The notes beneath the pieces are model-generated. The model worked only from the letters and a program-made list of their open reading frames with translations, was not told the origin of the DNA and did not search any database. The translations under genes and the position numbers were made by a program. DNA of 64,000 nt from sequence record MZ444140.1. The stretch is one strand, 5' to 3'. Shown here piece by piece: positions 1-9,538 of this stretch (its first letter is position 1; every line of letters starts with the position of its first letter).

Positions 1-73
<73 letters not shown>

Positions 74-117
74 ATTCATAGTTTTAGATTTAGTTATATT
101 TCACCACTATGTAAACT

Positions 118-143
118 ATAAAGGCAGCTAATGCTGCCTTTAT
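118..143 (+). terminator. intrinsic terminator
   Basis: ATAAAGGCAGC-TAAT-GCTGCCTTTAT. Confidence 0.8.
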
Positions 144-204
144 GTCGTCTTGTAAAAGTACCCAATAGTTGAATCTTATAGTTGAATACAAATAGGGTAA
201 AGAT

Positions 205-390
205 ATGTCACTTAAAGCATTGCAAGATATAGTTAGTAGTGTTCCTACAAATGAACGAAAGGAACGATTAGCTAAAGTTCGGAAAACGATGGAAGAGCTA
301 AATGAGTCTATTAAGAATCAGATTCGTAATAAACGACCTAGTCAAGCTCTTCTCAACAAAACGATAAACTGGGGTACTAAGTATGGCTAA
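205..390 (+). CDS. hypothetical basic protein, 61 aa
   Basis: ORF with upstream AGGG; overlaps next gene. Confidence 0.7.
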   Translation: MSLKALQDIVSSVPTNERKERLAKVRKTMEELNESIKNQIRNKRPSQALLNKTINWGTKYG

Positions 391-673
391 GACATTAGTT
401 CGTGCAAAGCTGATTACTGAGGCTGGTCAATGGATGTCGTCTGACTGGGAACGTGGTTTCCGTGCATGTCGATTCGTGAAACTTGGTAATGCTCATATAA
501 ACATAAAAGACTTTGAGTCTATAATCACGACATTCGAAGTTGGTGATATGTTAGTAATTTGGCCAAATGGACTTAGAACTTCGTATAGTGTGGATAATTT
601 CAATAAGTACTTTTCCCATATCAAAGATGAATACTACGAGACTGATTTTCGTCTACTCTTTTACCCCAAGTAG
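383..673 (+). CDS. hypothetical protein, 96 aa
   Basis: ORF coupled to previous gene, followed by terminator. Confidence 0.75.
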   Translation: MAKTLVRAKLITEAGQWMSSDWERGFRACRFVKLGNAHINIKDFESIITTFEVGDMLVIWPNGLRTSYSVDNFNKYFSHIKDEYYETDFRLLFYPK

Positions 674-725
674 TTGAGCTAGTGCATCTAGGTATTGTAT
701 CACTCACCTATCTAAATAACATATA

Positions 726-749
726 CCCTCCCGCAATGGGAGGGCTTTA
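726..749 (+). terminator. intrinsic terminator
   Basis: CCCTCCC-GCAAT-GGGAGGG-CTTT. Confidence 0.8.
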
Positions 750-873
750 TGCCGTCATCTTATGAAGCTGTATTACCATAGCGATTACAAAGTACGCATA
801 TGCGAAGTCATTTTAATGGCTTTGCATATGCCATTAACTATAAATTATAGTAATTTTTAGAAGAGGCATTTAA

Positions 874-1032
874 ATGTTTGAGGCGCTATTATTTACACCA
901 CTTGTTAATTTAAAACCTGTTGTGGACGCTATAGACATATATGAAGGTAGTTTACCACCATCAGCAAGTTTCCAGGTTATCGATTTAGATAATACTGTAA
1001 CTGAACCAGAGGTTACATCGGATGATAATTGA
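874..1032 (+). CDS. small protein, 52 aa (MFEALLFTPL...), leading the virion gene cluster; absent from ORF track
   Basis: Hand translation; SD AAGAGG; stop overlaps start of 1022 gene. Confidence 0.65.
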   Translation: MFEALLFTPLVNLKPVVDAIDIYEGSLPPSASFQVIDLDNTVTEPEVTSDDN

Positions 1033-1996
1033 ACTTAAATGGCTTGATCCTAATAAAACAAAATATCATTCCACTGAAATATATCGAGCTAGTCATGAAT
1101 TTGATAATATTGAAGATGCTGAATTAATTGCTACAGTAGGGCCAGGGATAACATCTTATCAGGATACGTCTGTAGAATATAAAAAAACATACTATTATCG
1201 TTTTAGATTGATTTATGGATCACAAAAATTTGAAGCATCTGATATGTTCACATTTTCGGCTATCCCGTATACTGGACCTGGGCCGGCTATTTTCCAATTT
1301 GGGGATGAACGTTTTGGTTATTTTGGAAAGTTTCCAATGGACCTGCCATCAATACCATCATTTAATATGATTCGTGGCGTATTTGGTTTAGAGCCAATTA
1401 CAGGTAACTATCTAGAAGTAACCGAACTTCATAAATTTGCAATAGGGGGTACTATCAGAGGTACTTTCCCATATCCATTGGCAATTGGGTCAGAACTACC
1501 AAGAAATAGTGAAATCATACAAACATTGATTAATGGTGGTGCACTTCCATTAACAATAGGTTTACATGATTGGAAAATAATAATACCTTCAGCCGAACAT
1601 CATGATAATCCAAATCACAATGTACAGCATTTCCCAGGTGAATTGCGATCAATGATGGCAGTTATTACAGAAATGTATGCTCGTGTTGAAGATGCTGAAA
1701 CAGGCAACAGAACTGGCGGTAGACTTACATTAAACAATGGTTTAAATATGTTCTACGATCCGTTAAGTACCAGATTTCCAGATACCGAAATAAAATATAT
1801 AATTAGTTCAGATTGGACTGATAATGAGTGTACAGCTATTAATTGGACAAATAGAGATGCGACATACCCATTAAGGGCAAAAGAACTCCATACTGAAGTT
1901 GTTAATGTATCTACAGATGACATATGGAATAGAATGCTTATTTGGCCAGTTCTAGTTTACACAGGTCTAACTAAACCGAAGGAAGTACAGCCGTGA
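1022..1996 (+). CDS. virion/tail-associated structural protein (phiKZ gp131-like paralogue family), N-terminal FN3-like domain
   Basis: N-terminus EIYR...TSYQD...YYYR followed by YTGPGP...GD..FGYFG, shared with the next genes. Confidence 0.6.
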   Translation: MIIELKWLDPNKTKYHSTEIYRASHEFDNIEDAELIATVGPGITSYQDTSVEYKKTYYYRFRLIYGSQKFEASDMFTFSAIPYTGPGPAIFQFGDERFGYFGKFPMDLPSIPSFNMIRGVFGLEPITGNYLEVTELHKFAIGGTIRGTFPYPLAIGSELPRNSEIIQTLINGGALPLTIGLHDWKIIIPSAEHHDNPNHNVQHFPGELRSMMAVITEMYARVEDAETGNRTGGRLTLNNGLNMFYDPLSTRFPDTEIKYIISSDWTDNECTAINWTNRDATYPLRAKELHTEVVNVSTDDIWNRMLIWPVLVYTGLTKPKEVQP

Positions 1997-3942
1997 GAAT
2001 TGAATTGACTGACTATAATTCAGATCCATCTACAACTATAAAGATTTATAGGCATTATTATCCATTTGACGTAGATAATTTGCCGCCCGTACTAGTTGAA
2101 TTACCTGGTGATGCAAGTAGCTATACTGATGAGACTCTTATCCTCAATACCATGGTTTATTACAGGATATCAGTTGTACATAATGGCAATGAGGTAGTTG
2201 GTCCTTTGTACACCACAATGAAGCGGTACTACACTGGACCACAGATAAACAAAGATAGACCTGACCAGATTCTTCGTGGAGACAACTATATTGGTCGTTA
2301 TGGAACCCTTCCCTTAGACACAGTGTTATCGCTGAATGTAGCGAAACAGCTAGTACCGTCATGTACAGTTATCGATGGGATCGTCCCTGAGACGATTGAG
2401 GTAGAGAAATGTAGTTATCACGGGAACGTGTTGTTCATTTCTACCGTCCCAGTTTTCCATGGTAGTCCAGAAGATCTATATAACGACGGAGCATTGTTGT
2501 CACATGGGGACGGTTCCGGTATTTTGAGTTCGGCGTTATATGATTCCATCGCAACTAAAGTCAACCAGGGTAAACCAATAACCTATAATAACTACTCATT
2601 CAAGTTTAGGCTGATGACGACTAGTGAGTATGCCGAACTCTATGTCAAGTTATATCCTGAATCACAAATGGGTCTAGCCTGTGAACGGGTTATCAGTAAT
2701 TGTAACACGCATCCATTCAAATCACCGGTTGTTAATATCGGTTCTCAGGGTGAAACATTTAAGACTGTAGGTTTGGACGGCAGTTCTATAGATACTAACT
2801 GGACGACTAAAGGACCTTTATACATGGTCGTCGAGCTAATGAATCGCGGTGATATGGGCTGGCCTAATCCAGAGGTTAGTGTCACTCTTGCAGATCCGAC
2901 TGATCGGATGATGTTTTGCCAATCAGAGATCGTCAATGGACGTGCCCACTTCTTTGGCGGTATCTATAGTAAGTTTAATAGTTACTCATCCGCCATTAAT
3001 AAACATATTAGTGTGAATCTAGATGGAACAGATCGACAGGTACATGCCGATATGCCAGTTGGAGTGTATAACGCTTGCACCTGGGTACATGGTAATAAGA
3101 TCTACTGTTTAGGTGGTGCTAAGAAGATAGGTAGTGGCGAATATACATATTCTGAACTGTATAATGACATTCAGGTATGGGAAGATAATGGTACCCAAGA
3201 AGGTATATGGACAACGATAACTAATAGTCTACCATTTTATTATGGCGCAAGCGTCACCACATACCAAGATATGAAATCAGATAAGAAACGTCTCTTGTAT
3301 ATTGGCGGGTATAACGATGTAGTACCATCTGGTAAAAATAACTTCGCTACGGCTGATTTGGATACATTCGATGGTACGTTCACCGTTTATGATAGGGCGA
3401 CCTTCTATAGCGGTGGTGGTGGTGGACCTGTAACGCAATATGAAGATTATTTTCTTTGGGTCGGTCCAGAAACTAGAACAAATAACTATACGAATGCGAC
3501 ATTTAGTTTCACGATTCCCGAGAACGTAGACGACTTTATCTATACAAGTGGGATTAAACAACAAGGGACTGAATTACCCACAACCAAAGGTGGTAAGATA
3601 CATGTTTGGCGTGATACGATCTTTATGTTCAGCGAGGCGTCGATTGATCAAAAGCAAGGTGAGTTATATCTATATCAATTCGTACCAAGCGAAAGCAGGT
3701 GGCTAAAAATAACTGTACCTATACCTGGATTAAGTGAAGATACCCGCGCATCTATCAGTGGTGCATTCCATGAAGGTAAGTTAGTCCTTATGTTAAATCA
3801 ACCGTGGACTAATGCTTCATATGTTTCAAGTTTCTATTCCATTAGTCTAATTGATCCAATCGATGCTCCGATTGTTCCAGTAACTGATGTTGTAGTCGGT
3901 AATAGTCGAATATTCACAACATACGCCGAGGTTTCGATATGA
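1993..3942 (+). CDS. virion/tail-associated protein, FN3-like N-terminus plus C-terminal Kelch-like beta-propeller
   Basis: GTG start in GTGA overlap; paralogous N-terminus; Kelch-type GG motifs (KIYCLGG, LLYIGG, AHFFGG). Confidence 0.65.
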   Translation: MRIELTDYNSDPSTTIKIYRHYYPFDVDNLPPVLVELPGDASSYTDETLILNTMVYYRISVVHNGNEVVGPLYTTMKRYYTGPQINKDRPDQILRGDNYIGRYGTLPLDTVLSLNVAKQLVPSCTVIDGIVPETIEVEKCSYHGNVLFISTVPVFHGSPEDLYNDGALLSHGDGSGILSSALYDSIATKVNQGKPITYNNYSFKFRLMTTSEYAELYVKLYPESQMGLACERVISNCNTHPFKSPVVNIGSQGETFKTVGLDGSSIDTNWTTKGPLYMVVELMNRGDMGWPNPEVSVTLADPTDRMMFCQSEIVNGRAHFFGGIYSKFNSYSSAINKHISVNLDGTDRQVHADMPVGVYNACTWVHGNKIYCLGGAKKIGSGEYTYSELYNDIQVWEDNGTQEGIWTTITNSLPFYYGASVTTYQDMKSDKKRLLYIGGYNDVVPSGKNNFATADLDTFDGTFTVYDRATFYSGGGGGPVTQYEDYFLWVGPETRTNNYTNATFSFTIPENVDDFIYTSGIKQQGTELPTTKGGKIHVWRDTIFMFSEASIDQKQGELYLYQFVPSESRWLKITVPIPGLSEDTRASISGAFHEGKLVLMLNQPWTNASYVSSFYSISLIDPIDAPIVPVTDVVVGNSRIFTTYAEVSI

Positions 3943-4799
3943 TCACATTTAAAATTCGGAATCCAAACTCTAGATCTATTACGAGTATAGAGGTGTATCG
4001 AGAACTGACGGGGGTGCCAATTCCCGATGTACCGGTTAATCCACCACTCCAGAAACTAGATGGATTCACTACTGCCATTATTGACTATGATGTTGTAACT
4101 GGTAATATATACGACTACCGTATTAGGACCGCACGTGAAGGTGGTGACTCTGCAATGAGTCCTGTATTTACGTTCAAAGCTGTATCACCTTACGGACCAG
4201 GTGGTTTCTTAGAACCTATGGCTCAAACCGTAGGTGCCGCGCTCCTGGATAAAGTAACTAGCCTAGAAGAACTACCCAGCTTACAAGAACTCTTGGCGCT
4301 GTTTGACGGACAACCAAATAACGCTATTAACTGGACGGATAAGTGGGTTAAAGTTAAACAAGGCTCAGATATCTATTTCTTCCCGAGTATGGGTTACATT
4401 GAAGTACCCAAGACTAATATAGCGACCCTACTCAGTCGTATAAATGCTACCCCTACAATAACCAAAGGGGATTGCAAATATTCTTTTAGGGCCAGTGATT
4501 TACAAGAAAGATCATACATGCCGGTACTAGACGGTAGATTTGTATGTAAGTACCCACTGCCAACTGAATATCCTCGGAAGTCTATGGCGTCAGCTATTAA
4601 TGATATCGTCGGTAAGAATATAGATAACGTTAGGGTATTCATGACTGTATCCGAATCAACGTCTACTGTAAAGGTTTATAAAGATACACAAAAATATGGA
4701 TCATCCGTGGCGTCTATAGTCAATCCTGTTTCAGATAGCGGGACAGATTGGTATTGGAAACCTATACTGAAATTCGTACAAGAATCGGGGGTGGTTTAA
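3939..4799 (+). CDS. virion/tail-associated paralogue, 286 aa
   Basis: Same N-terminal motif (SIEVYR...YDYRI...YGPGG). Confidence 0.6.
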   Translation: MITFKIRNPNSRSITSIEVYRELTGVPIPDVPVNPPLQKLDGFTTAIIDYDVVTGNIYDYRIRTAREGGDSAMSPVFTFKAVSPYGPGGFLEPMAQTVGAALLDKVTSLEELPSLQELLALFDGQPNNAINWTDKWVKVKQGSDIYFFPSMGYIEVPKTNIATLLSRINATPTITKGDCKYSFRASDLQERSYMPVLDGRFVCKYPLPTEYPRKSMASAINDIVGKNIDNVRVFMTVSESTSTVKVYKDTQKYGSSVASIVNPVSDSGTDWYWKPILKFVQESGVV

Positions 4800-5659
4800 T
4801 GTATATCACTACTAATAATGTTAGGGGTTGGCCAGGTTCTACACCAATCGTTACCTTCTGGTCCTATTCGAATGATATACCTTGGGACTATAATAATCTA
4901 CCACCTCATTACTACCATGACTGGGATCTACTGAGCGGGTTTTATCCAGGTAGAATACCTGATGACAAATGTATCTGGTTAAATCTCAAGTATAAAGATA
5001 TATTTGGTCAATTAGCTTACACTGGTCCAATGCGCTCAGTAAGTATCAGTAGTGGATGGAAAAAGGTATTGGGGTATGCTGATCTAGAGGCTGGGGACGG
5101 TATCTACGCTCGATTAACTAAGTCTTATAAAGCAGAGAATCGACCGACTCTTAAATCAATCTCAACAACACCATACCTTATCCCAGAAATGAATGTAGAT
5201 GAAGCACCCACGCCTTACTTCATCGATAACGAATATGTTGCATTCCATGATAAGTCTAGTATTAAAACCACAGCAGCAGTTGCCGTTTATCATGCAGGGT
5301 ATATGGCTAGTTCAGGTGATATGACAGGCGTCTGGCCTCCAGAGTTAATTGAACAGATTGGCGGTAATATACAACAAGGTAGGGTTATTGATCTCTTGGA
5401 TGTAAAATGGTCTGTTTATGTACCTACACTTGCAGAATTCAAGCGGTATATGGGTACAGCTTTCCAGACTGGGATAATGTCAGACCAGCCACCAGTAACG
5501 AATATAACTCTACCAGATAACATCAAATTCATCACATCAACCCCCTCACCGAGGAATGTGAGAATGTTGGTTGCGATTGATAATACTGGGACAGAATATG
5601 ATGTCGACCCAACTGATGAAGTAGACGTAATGTTTGTATTTAGACCTACACTAAAATAA
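4799..5659 (+). CDS. virion-associated paralogue (diverged); start reassigned to ATG 4799
   Basis: TAATG overlap with previous stop; YTGP...GDGIY motif. Confidence 0.55.
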   Translation: MYITTNNVRGWPGSTPIVTFWSYSNDIPWDYNNLPPHYYHDWDLLSGFYPGRIPDDKCIWLNLKYKDIFGQLAYTGPMRSVSISSGWKKVLGYADLEAGDGIYARLTKSYKAENRPTLKSISTTPYLIPEMNVDEAPTPYFIDNEYVAFHDKSSIKTTAAVAVYHAGYMASSGDMTGVWPPELIEQIGGNIQQGRVIDLLDVKWSVYVPTLAEFKRYMGTAFQTGIMSDQPPVTNITLPDNIKFITSTPSPRNVRMLVAIDNTGTEYDVDPTDEVDVMFVFRPTLK

Positions 5660-5673
5660 CTTTATATGCCATA

Positions 5674-5697
5674 AGACCCCTCTATATAGAGGGGTCT
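5674..5697 (+). terminator. intrinsic terminator
   Basis: AGACCCCTCT-ATAT-AGAGGGGTCT then T-rich. Confidence 0.8.
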
Positions 5698-5818
5698 ATT
5701 TATAAGTAAAATTATACATAGAGTCAATATTATTTGTAGATTAGTTCTACACATAACTCAACTTGAAACCGGGTGTTAATAAAATTTAACACTACGGAAA
5801 ACATAAAGGTGTATAAAA

Positions 5819-6403
5819 ATGGCTTTTCATTTTACTGAATTAGATTTAAATGATTTTATCAATGAATCAGGTAAAGACTTAAAAATAAATGTTGGTAAAC
5901 AAACACTAGCAGTTTATGATGTCAATAGACTAAATATTGTTAATTCGGCTATTAATAAACTAGTTTATAATGAACCTATAAGTGAAAAACACATAGACGC
6001 ATCACTTACAGATAATTCATTAAAAGAGCTTAATGATTATTTACTAAATGTTGGTGTTACTGAAAGCGCTAAAATGATGATTGATGCTGTGTTAGAATTA
6101 AGCGATTATCATAAAAGTGATGAATACTTTAACCCAGTGATGTATAAATTAAAAAGTATGCACACTAAAAATACAGATGGTGTTTATTTGATATTTTTAC
6201 CAACACCTACTATCGATGATCAAATTAACACCATGCAAGGATATATTATCAATAAATCCGGTAATCTCATTAGGACTACCGTACAGTCATGGCGATTTGA
6301 GAAAATTGAATTCAAAGACTTAGCCAAACATGATAGACGTTGGTTATTTATTGAATATTACATTAATGTTAAACAAACGAAAAATAATATAATCAAAGAG
6401 TAA
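5819..6403 (+). CDS. hypothetical protein, 194 aa
   Basis: ORF with SD AAAGGT. Confidence 0.75.
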   Translation: MAFHFTELDLNDFINESGKDLKINVGKQTLAVYDVNRLNIVNSAINKLVYNEPISEKHIDASLTDNSLKELNDYLLNVGVTESAKMMIDAVLELSDYHKSDEYFNPVMYKLKSMHTKNTDGVYLIFLPTPTIDDQINTMQGYIINKSGNLIRTTVQSWRFEKIEFKDLAKHDRRWLFIEYYINVKQTKNNIIKE

Positions 6404-6471
6404 CAAGATGAATTAACTAAATTTATTTATTATAGTACTCCAAGTTAAAATAAATAAAAAAAATAAATATA

Positions 6472-6498
6472 AGAGCTAGCCCCTAATGGGCTAGCTCT
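6472..6498. terminator. bidirectional terminator between convergent genes
   Basis: AGAGCTAGCCC-CTAAT-GGGCTAGCTCT. Confidence 0.8.
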
Positions 6499-6506
6499 AT
6501 GTTATC

Positions 6507-6644
6507 TTACTCTGCTACATCTTTTACATCAGGTTTATTATTCCCACGTACTGCTCTCGCAATACCATACGTAAGAATAAGAGCACCCACGGTGCCAATA
6601 GTGGTGCTAATAATAATGCCAAGAGTTTTTGGGTCGATATTCAT
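6507..6644 (-). CDS. 45-aa single-pass membrane protein (MNIDPKTLGIIISTTIGTVGALILTYG...); absent from ORF track
   Basis: Hand translation; SD AGGAAA; own promoter (6701) and terminator (6472). Confidence 0.7.
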   Translation of the reverse strand: MNIDPKTLGIIISTTIGTVGALILTYGIARAVRGNNKPDVKDVAE

Positions 6645-6700
6645 ATTTAGTTTCCTATTTACAATTAATAGAAAATATTACTTTTAGTAATATCAAGTTA

Positions 6701-6708
6701 ATGATATA
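6701..6708 (-). promoter_or_regulatory. phiKZ-type early promoter (variant TATATCAT)
   Basis: Minus strand ...ATTTAAACAGTATATCAT, same upstream context as 28212/38064/53359. Confidence 0.6.
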
Positions 6709-6792
6709 CTGTTTAAATATGTTTGAATATAACTTTATTTATTATAATAAATTAAAATAATACTTTCATATACACTATATGTAGAAGATTCC

Positions 6793-6869
6793 GCCGCTAT
6801 AGCTCAGCTAGGTAGAGCAACGCACTTGTAATGCGTAGGTCCTCCGTTCGATTCGGAGTGGCGGCACCA
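6793..6869 (+). tRNA. tRNA-Thr(TGT)
   Basis: Acceptor GCCGCTA/TGGCGGC; anticodon arm ACGCA-CTTGTAA-TGCGT; T-arm CTCCG-TTCGATT-CGGAG; encoded CCA. Confidence 0.95.
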
Positions 6870-6947
6870 AATTTACTGAGGTTTAAACTATTCTTAAATA
6901 TATTAGTTAGGATGGGATTGAACGCGAAAGACTCAGTAAATCATATT

Positions 6948-6967
6948 GCCCCTCCATATGGAGGGGC
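6948..6967 (+). terminator. intrinsic terminator after tRNA-Thr
   Basis: GCCCCTCC-ATAT-GGAGGGGC-TT. Confidence 0.75.
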
Positions 6968-6998
6968 TTATGTTTGTCATTAATCAGGAAAATATAAA

Positions 6999-7175
6999 AT
7001 GAGTCATCTATTATTTATCATCCAAGAATACATTACTAATAAATTTGAGATAACTCGAATTGATATGAAGCCAGGCAATAGAATGTTACGTGTATGTTTA
7101 TACGGTCAACATGAGAGAAAAGGTTTCGTCCGTGTAGATTTATGGTCAGTTGGTTATCGCATTACAAAGAAATAA
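6999..7175 (+). CDS. 58-aa protein (MSHLLFIIQEY...); absent from ORF track
   Basis: Hand translation; SD AGGA. Confidence 0.65.
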   Translation: MSHLLFIIQEYITNKFEITRIDMKPGNRMLRVCLYGQHERKGFVRVDLWSVGYRITKK

Positions 7176-7217
7176 TACTCCAGATTATTTAATATGTATT
7201 AATAAAAGGAGTTTATA

Positions 7218-7628
7218 ATGAGTAATGAAACTAACTATCTAGGTTATGAATGGAAAACAGATATAACTACTTCAAATCTTAATAGAGTGGTTGATTTATA
7301 TACACTTGAATTAGCATGGTTAAAAGAAGATTTTAATGATACTCTTTTCATAAAGTCTTATAAAGTGCTAGAGGGTCTATTAGAGGAACCGTCTAGGGCA
7401 ATCCATGATGATACAGTAACCATTCAAGATCAATTAGATGAATTAAATACTGCTTTTAAATTAGTATTTGGAAAAGATAATGACGTAGAGTTATCAATTA
7501 ATAATGATTCAATTATTGTGATCGGTGCTACAGATGCAACTAAAGAAAAGTTAGAAGCAGAGGTGCGTGAGTTTGCATATAGAAAATCATTAATTGATGA
7601 ACGTTATCCAGATATTGTAACGGATTAA
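7218..7628 (+). CDS. hypothetical acidic protein, 136 aa
   Basis: SD AAGGAG. Confidence 0.8.
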   Translation: MSNETNYLGYEWKTDITTSNLNRVVDLYTLELAWLKEDFNDTLFIKSYKVLEGLLEEPSRAIHDDTVTIQDQLDELNTAFKLVFGKDNDVELSINNDSIIVIGATDATKEKLEAEVREFAYRKSLIDERYPDIVTD

Positions 7629-7708
7629 AATACTTACAGCTATCTAGTATGTAACTAGGCGGATTGCCATTTGTAAATTATCTATTTAATCAAACTGAGG
7701 AAATACTA

Positions 7709-8098
7709 ATGAAACAATTCTTTCAACTACTTCTAAGCCTGCTTTTCAAACTACCGGTTCTATCATATTTTGCTGAGAAGAAACGACTAGAGAAAGAGAA
7801 ACAGGAAGAAGAAAAGCGTCAGCAAGAACAACGTCAAAAAGAACTACTTGATGAACAACGTCGCGAACAAGAAGATCATTATCGAAAGACGGCTTACGAT
7901 CGCCTAGCAAAACTTATTCATACTCGGTGGTATGATGAGTTTAATGCATATGAAAAGAAACTAGTTGATCTTGCCGTGTCTACTGGTAAAGCAGTTAGTG
8001 TTAAGTATGGTAAAGTTACTAAGATGCAACACCCTCATCAATTTAAACTACTTAATGATTGGCTGGATGATATTCCAGTAGAAGATTTTTCTAAGTGA
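7709..8098 (+). CDS. hypothetical protein with hydrophobic N-terminus and charged coiled coil; start reassigned to ATG 7709
   Basis: SD GAGG before MKQFF. Confidence 0.75.
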   Translation: MKQFFQLLLSLLFKLPVLSYFAEKKRLEKEKQEEEKRQQEQRQKELLDEQRREQEDHYRKTAYDRLAKLIHTRWYDEFNAYEKKLVDLAVSTGKAVSVKYGKVTKMQHPHQFKLLNDWLDDIPVEDFSK

Positions 8099-8124
8099 GT
8101 TTAAATAAAAAAATAAAGACATAT

Positions 8125-8146
8125 CCCCTCTCCATACGGAGAGGGG
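8125..8146. terminator. bidirectional terminator at convergence of + and - blocks
   Basis: CCCCTCTCC-ATAC-GGAGAGGGG with A/T tracts on both sides. Confidence 0.85.
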
Positions 8147-8158
8147 TTTATGCCGTAA

Positions 8159-8839
8159 TTATACACTTACTTTGATAAGATTTTTAATATCAGTAAAATG
8201 GGTATATGTTGCCTTTTTATCTTTGTGAACCAGTAAGCAACAGGTGCCTTCATTTACTGTATTGGTTTGTTTTAATGGGATATTTAAAGCATATTCAAAC
8301 AGATCATCCATCCAGTTAAATACCATGAACTTACTGATAAGGACATGATCGAAATCAATTAATCCAATAAACGAATCGATCTCAAATTGATAATACTCTA
8401 CAACCATTTTAGACCATTCTTTGTTTATTGCCTCAATGACATTAGGATTATTTATTTTATTAAATAACTCAGTGCGTTCCTTAGTAGGTAAACTAAGGTA
8501 ATAATTAATATTACTCCTAACGATATCTGGATTAGTGATATCAATTTTTTCTGGTAAGTTATATTTACTATCTACATAATTCTTAGTTTCTGGCGTCATT
8601 CTCCAGCAACCATAATCAGCAGTAGTACTTGATAGATCTACTCTAGCCTCTACTACTTTAGAAAATACATTTACATATAAATTAACAGATTCACATATAT
8701 CAGGTCTGATTGAATTAAAGTTTAAACTTTTAATAAGACCCCTAACTGGTCGAGTACCAATTAGACAATGCAATTCAAGCTTAACATTTTCCTCTTTAGC
8801 CATCTTAAATATATCAGCAAAACTGAGCTTTTCTGCCAT
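8159..8839 (-). CDS. hypothetical protein, 226 aa
   Basis: Long ORF, co-oriented block. Confidence 0.75.
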   Translation of the reverse strand: MAEKLSFADIFKMAKEENVKLELHCLIGTRPVRGLIKSLNFNSIRPDICESVNLYVNVFSKVVEARVDLSSTTADYGCWRMTPETKNYVDSKYNLPEKIDITNPDIVRSNINYYLSLPTKERTELFNKINNPNVIEAINKEWSKMVVEYYQFEIDSFIGLIDFDHVLISKFMVFNWMDDLFEYALNIPLKQTNTVNEGTCCLLVHKDKKATYTHFTDIKNLIKVSV

Positions 8840-8989
8840 TTAGAATATACCTTTTATTAATTGGACAAATAGATTAGATACACATAGCAATAGAATAAAC
8901 CATAAACCTAGTCTTTGTAATTTATCTATACGCTTAGCTTTTTGTTTCCTCTTTAATCTAACTAATAATGTATTTTTAATATCATTCAT
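8840..8989 (-). CDS. 49-aa basic membrane protein; absent from ORF track
   Basis: Hand translation MNDIKNTLL...LGLWFILLLCVSNLFVQLIKGIF; stop abuts next ATG. Confidence 0.6.
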   Translation of the reverse strand: MNDIKNTLLVRLKRKQKAKRIDKLQRLGLWFILLLCVSNLFVQLIKGIF

Positions 8990-9007
8990 TAAATTATCTC
9001 AGATTTT

Positions 9008-9538
9008 TTAGACGGTGTATAAACCCTCAGTATTACATGTTGTTATGATATTGTAAAGACGATGCCAATAGCGATCATACGTATTTTTACGTTTGTAGCT
9101 ATTGGTGCGGATGACTAGATTGGCGACCCAGTGATTCTGATCAATGGTCTCATGTAGATGCCCGAAATAAGCCCCCAGTTCAATTTCGAATGGGATCTTA
9201 CACTCACGCCCCTTACACATTGCTTCACGCAATAAACGCATTGCAGAATTCTCTGCATTGGTATCTTTAAATAAAAGACTAATGTATCCAGGGCTACCAC
9301 CAGTTTCTTCATCAACATGGCCTGAACAGCAATAAATAGTTGCAACATTGGTAAATTGATTAAACCATTTAATTAATGGCCTACATGCTTCATCAATAAG
9401 ATCTTCATATTCAGGTTTATACATTACTTTAACAGTATCATCTGCACGTTGTTTCACATGATGAAAATATTGCTCCCAATTTACATTAGTGTAATATAGC
9501 ATATCCATATTAGAATTACTCATACAAATCAACCCCAT
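9008..9538 (-). CDS. TYW3-like fold protein (tentative)
   Basis: LIKWFNQF...TIYCCSGH resembles the TYW3-type T-x-x-S/C-C-S-G motif. Confidence 0.35.
   Translation of the reverse strand: MGLICMSNSNMDMLYYTNVNWEQYFHHVKQRADDTVKVMYKPEYEDLIDEACRPLIKWFNQFTNVATIYCCSGHVDEETGGSPGYISLLFKDTNAENSAMRLLREAMCKGRECKIPFEIELGAYFGHLHETIDQNHWVANLVIRTNSYKRKNTYDRYWHRLYNIITTCNTEGLYTV

Noticed and set aside
165-187. 10-bp direct repeat ATAGTTGAAT x2
   Set aside because: AT-rich, two copies only, not seen elsewhere
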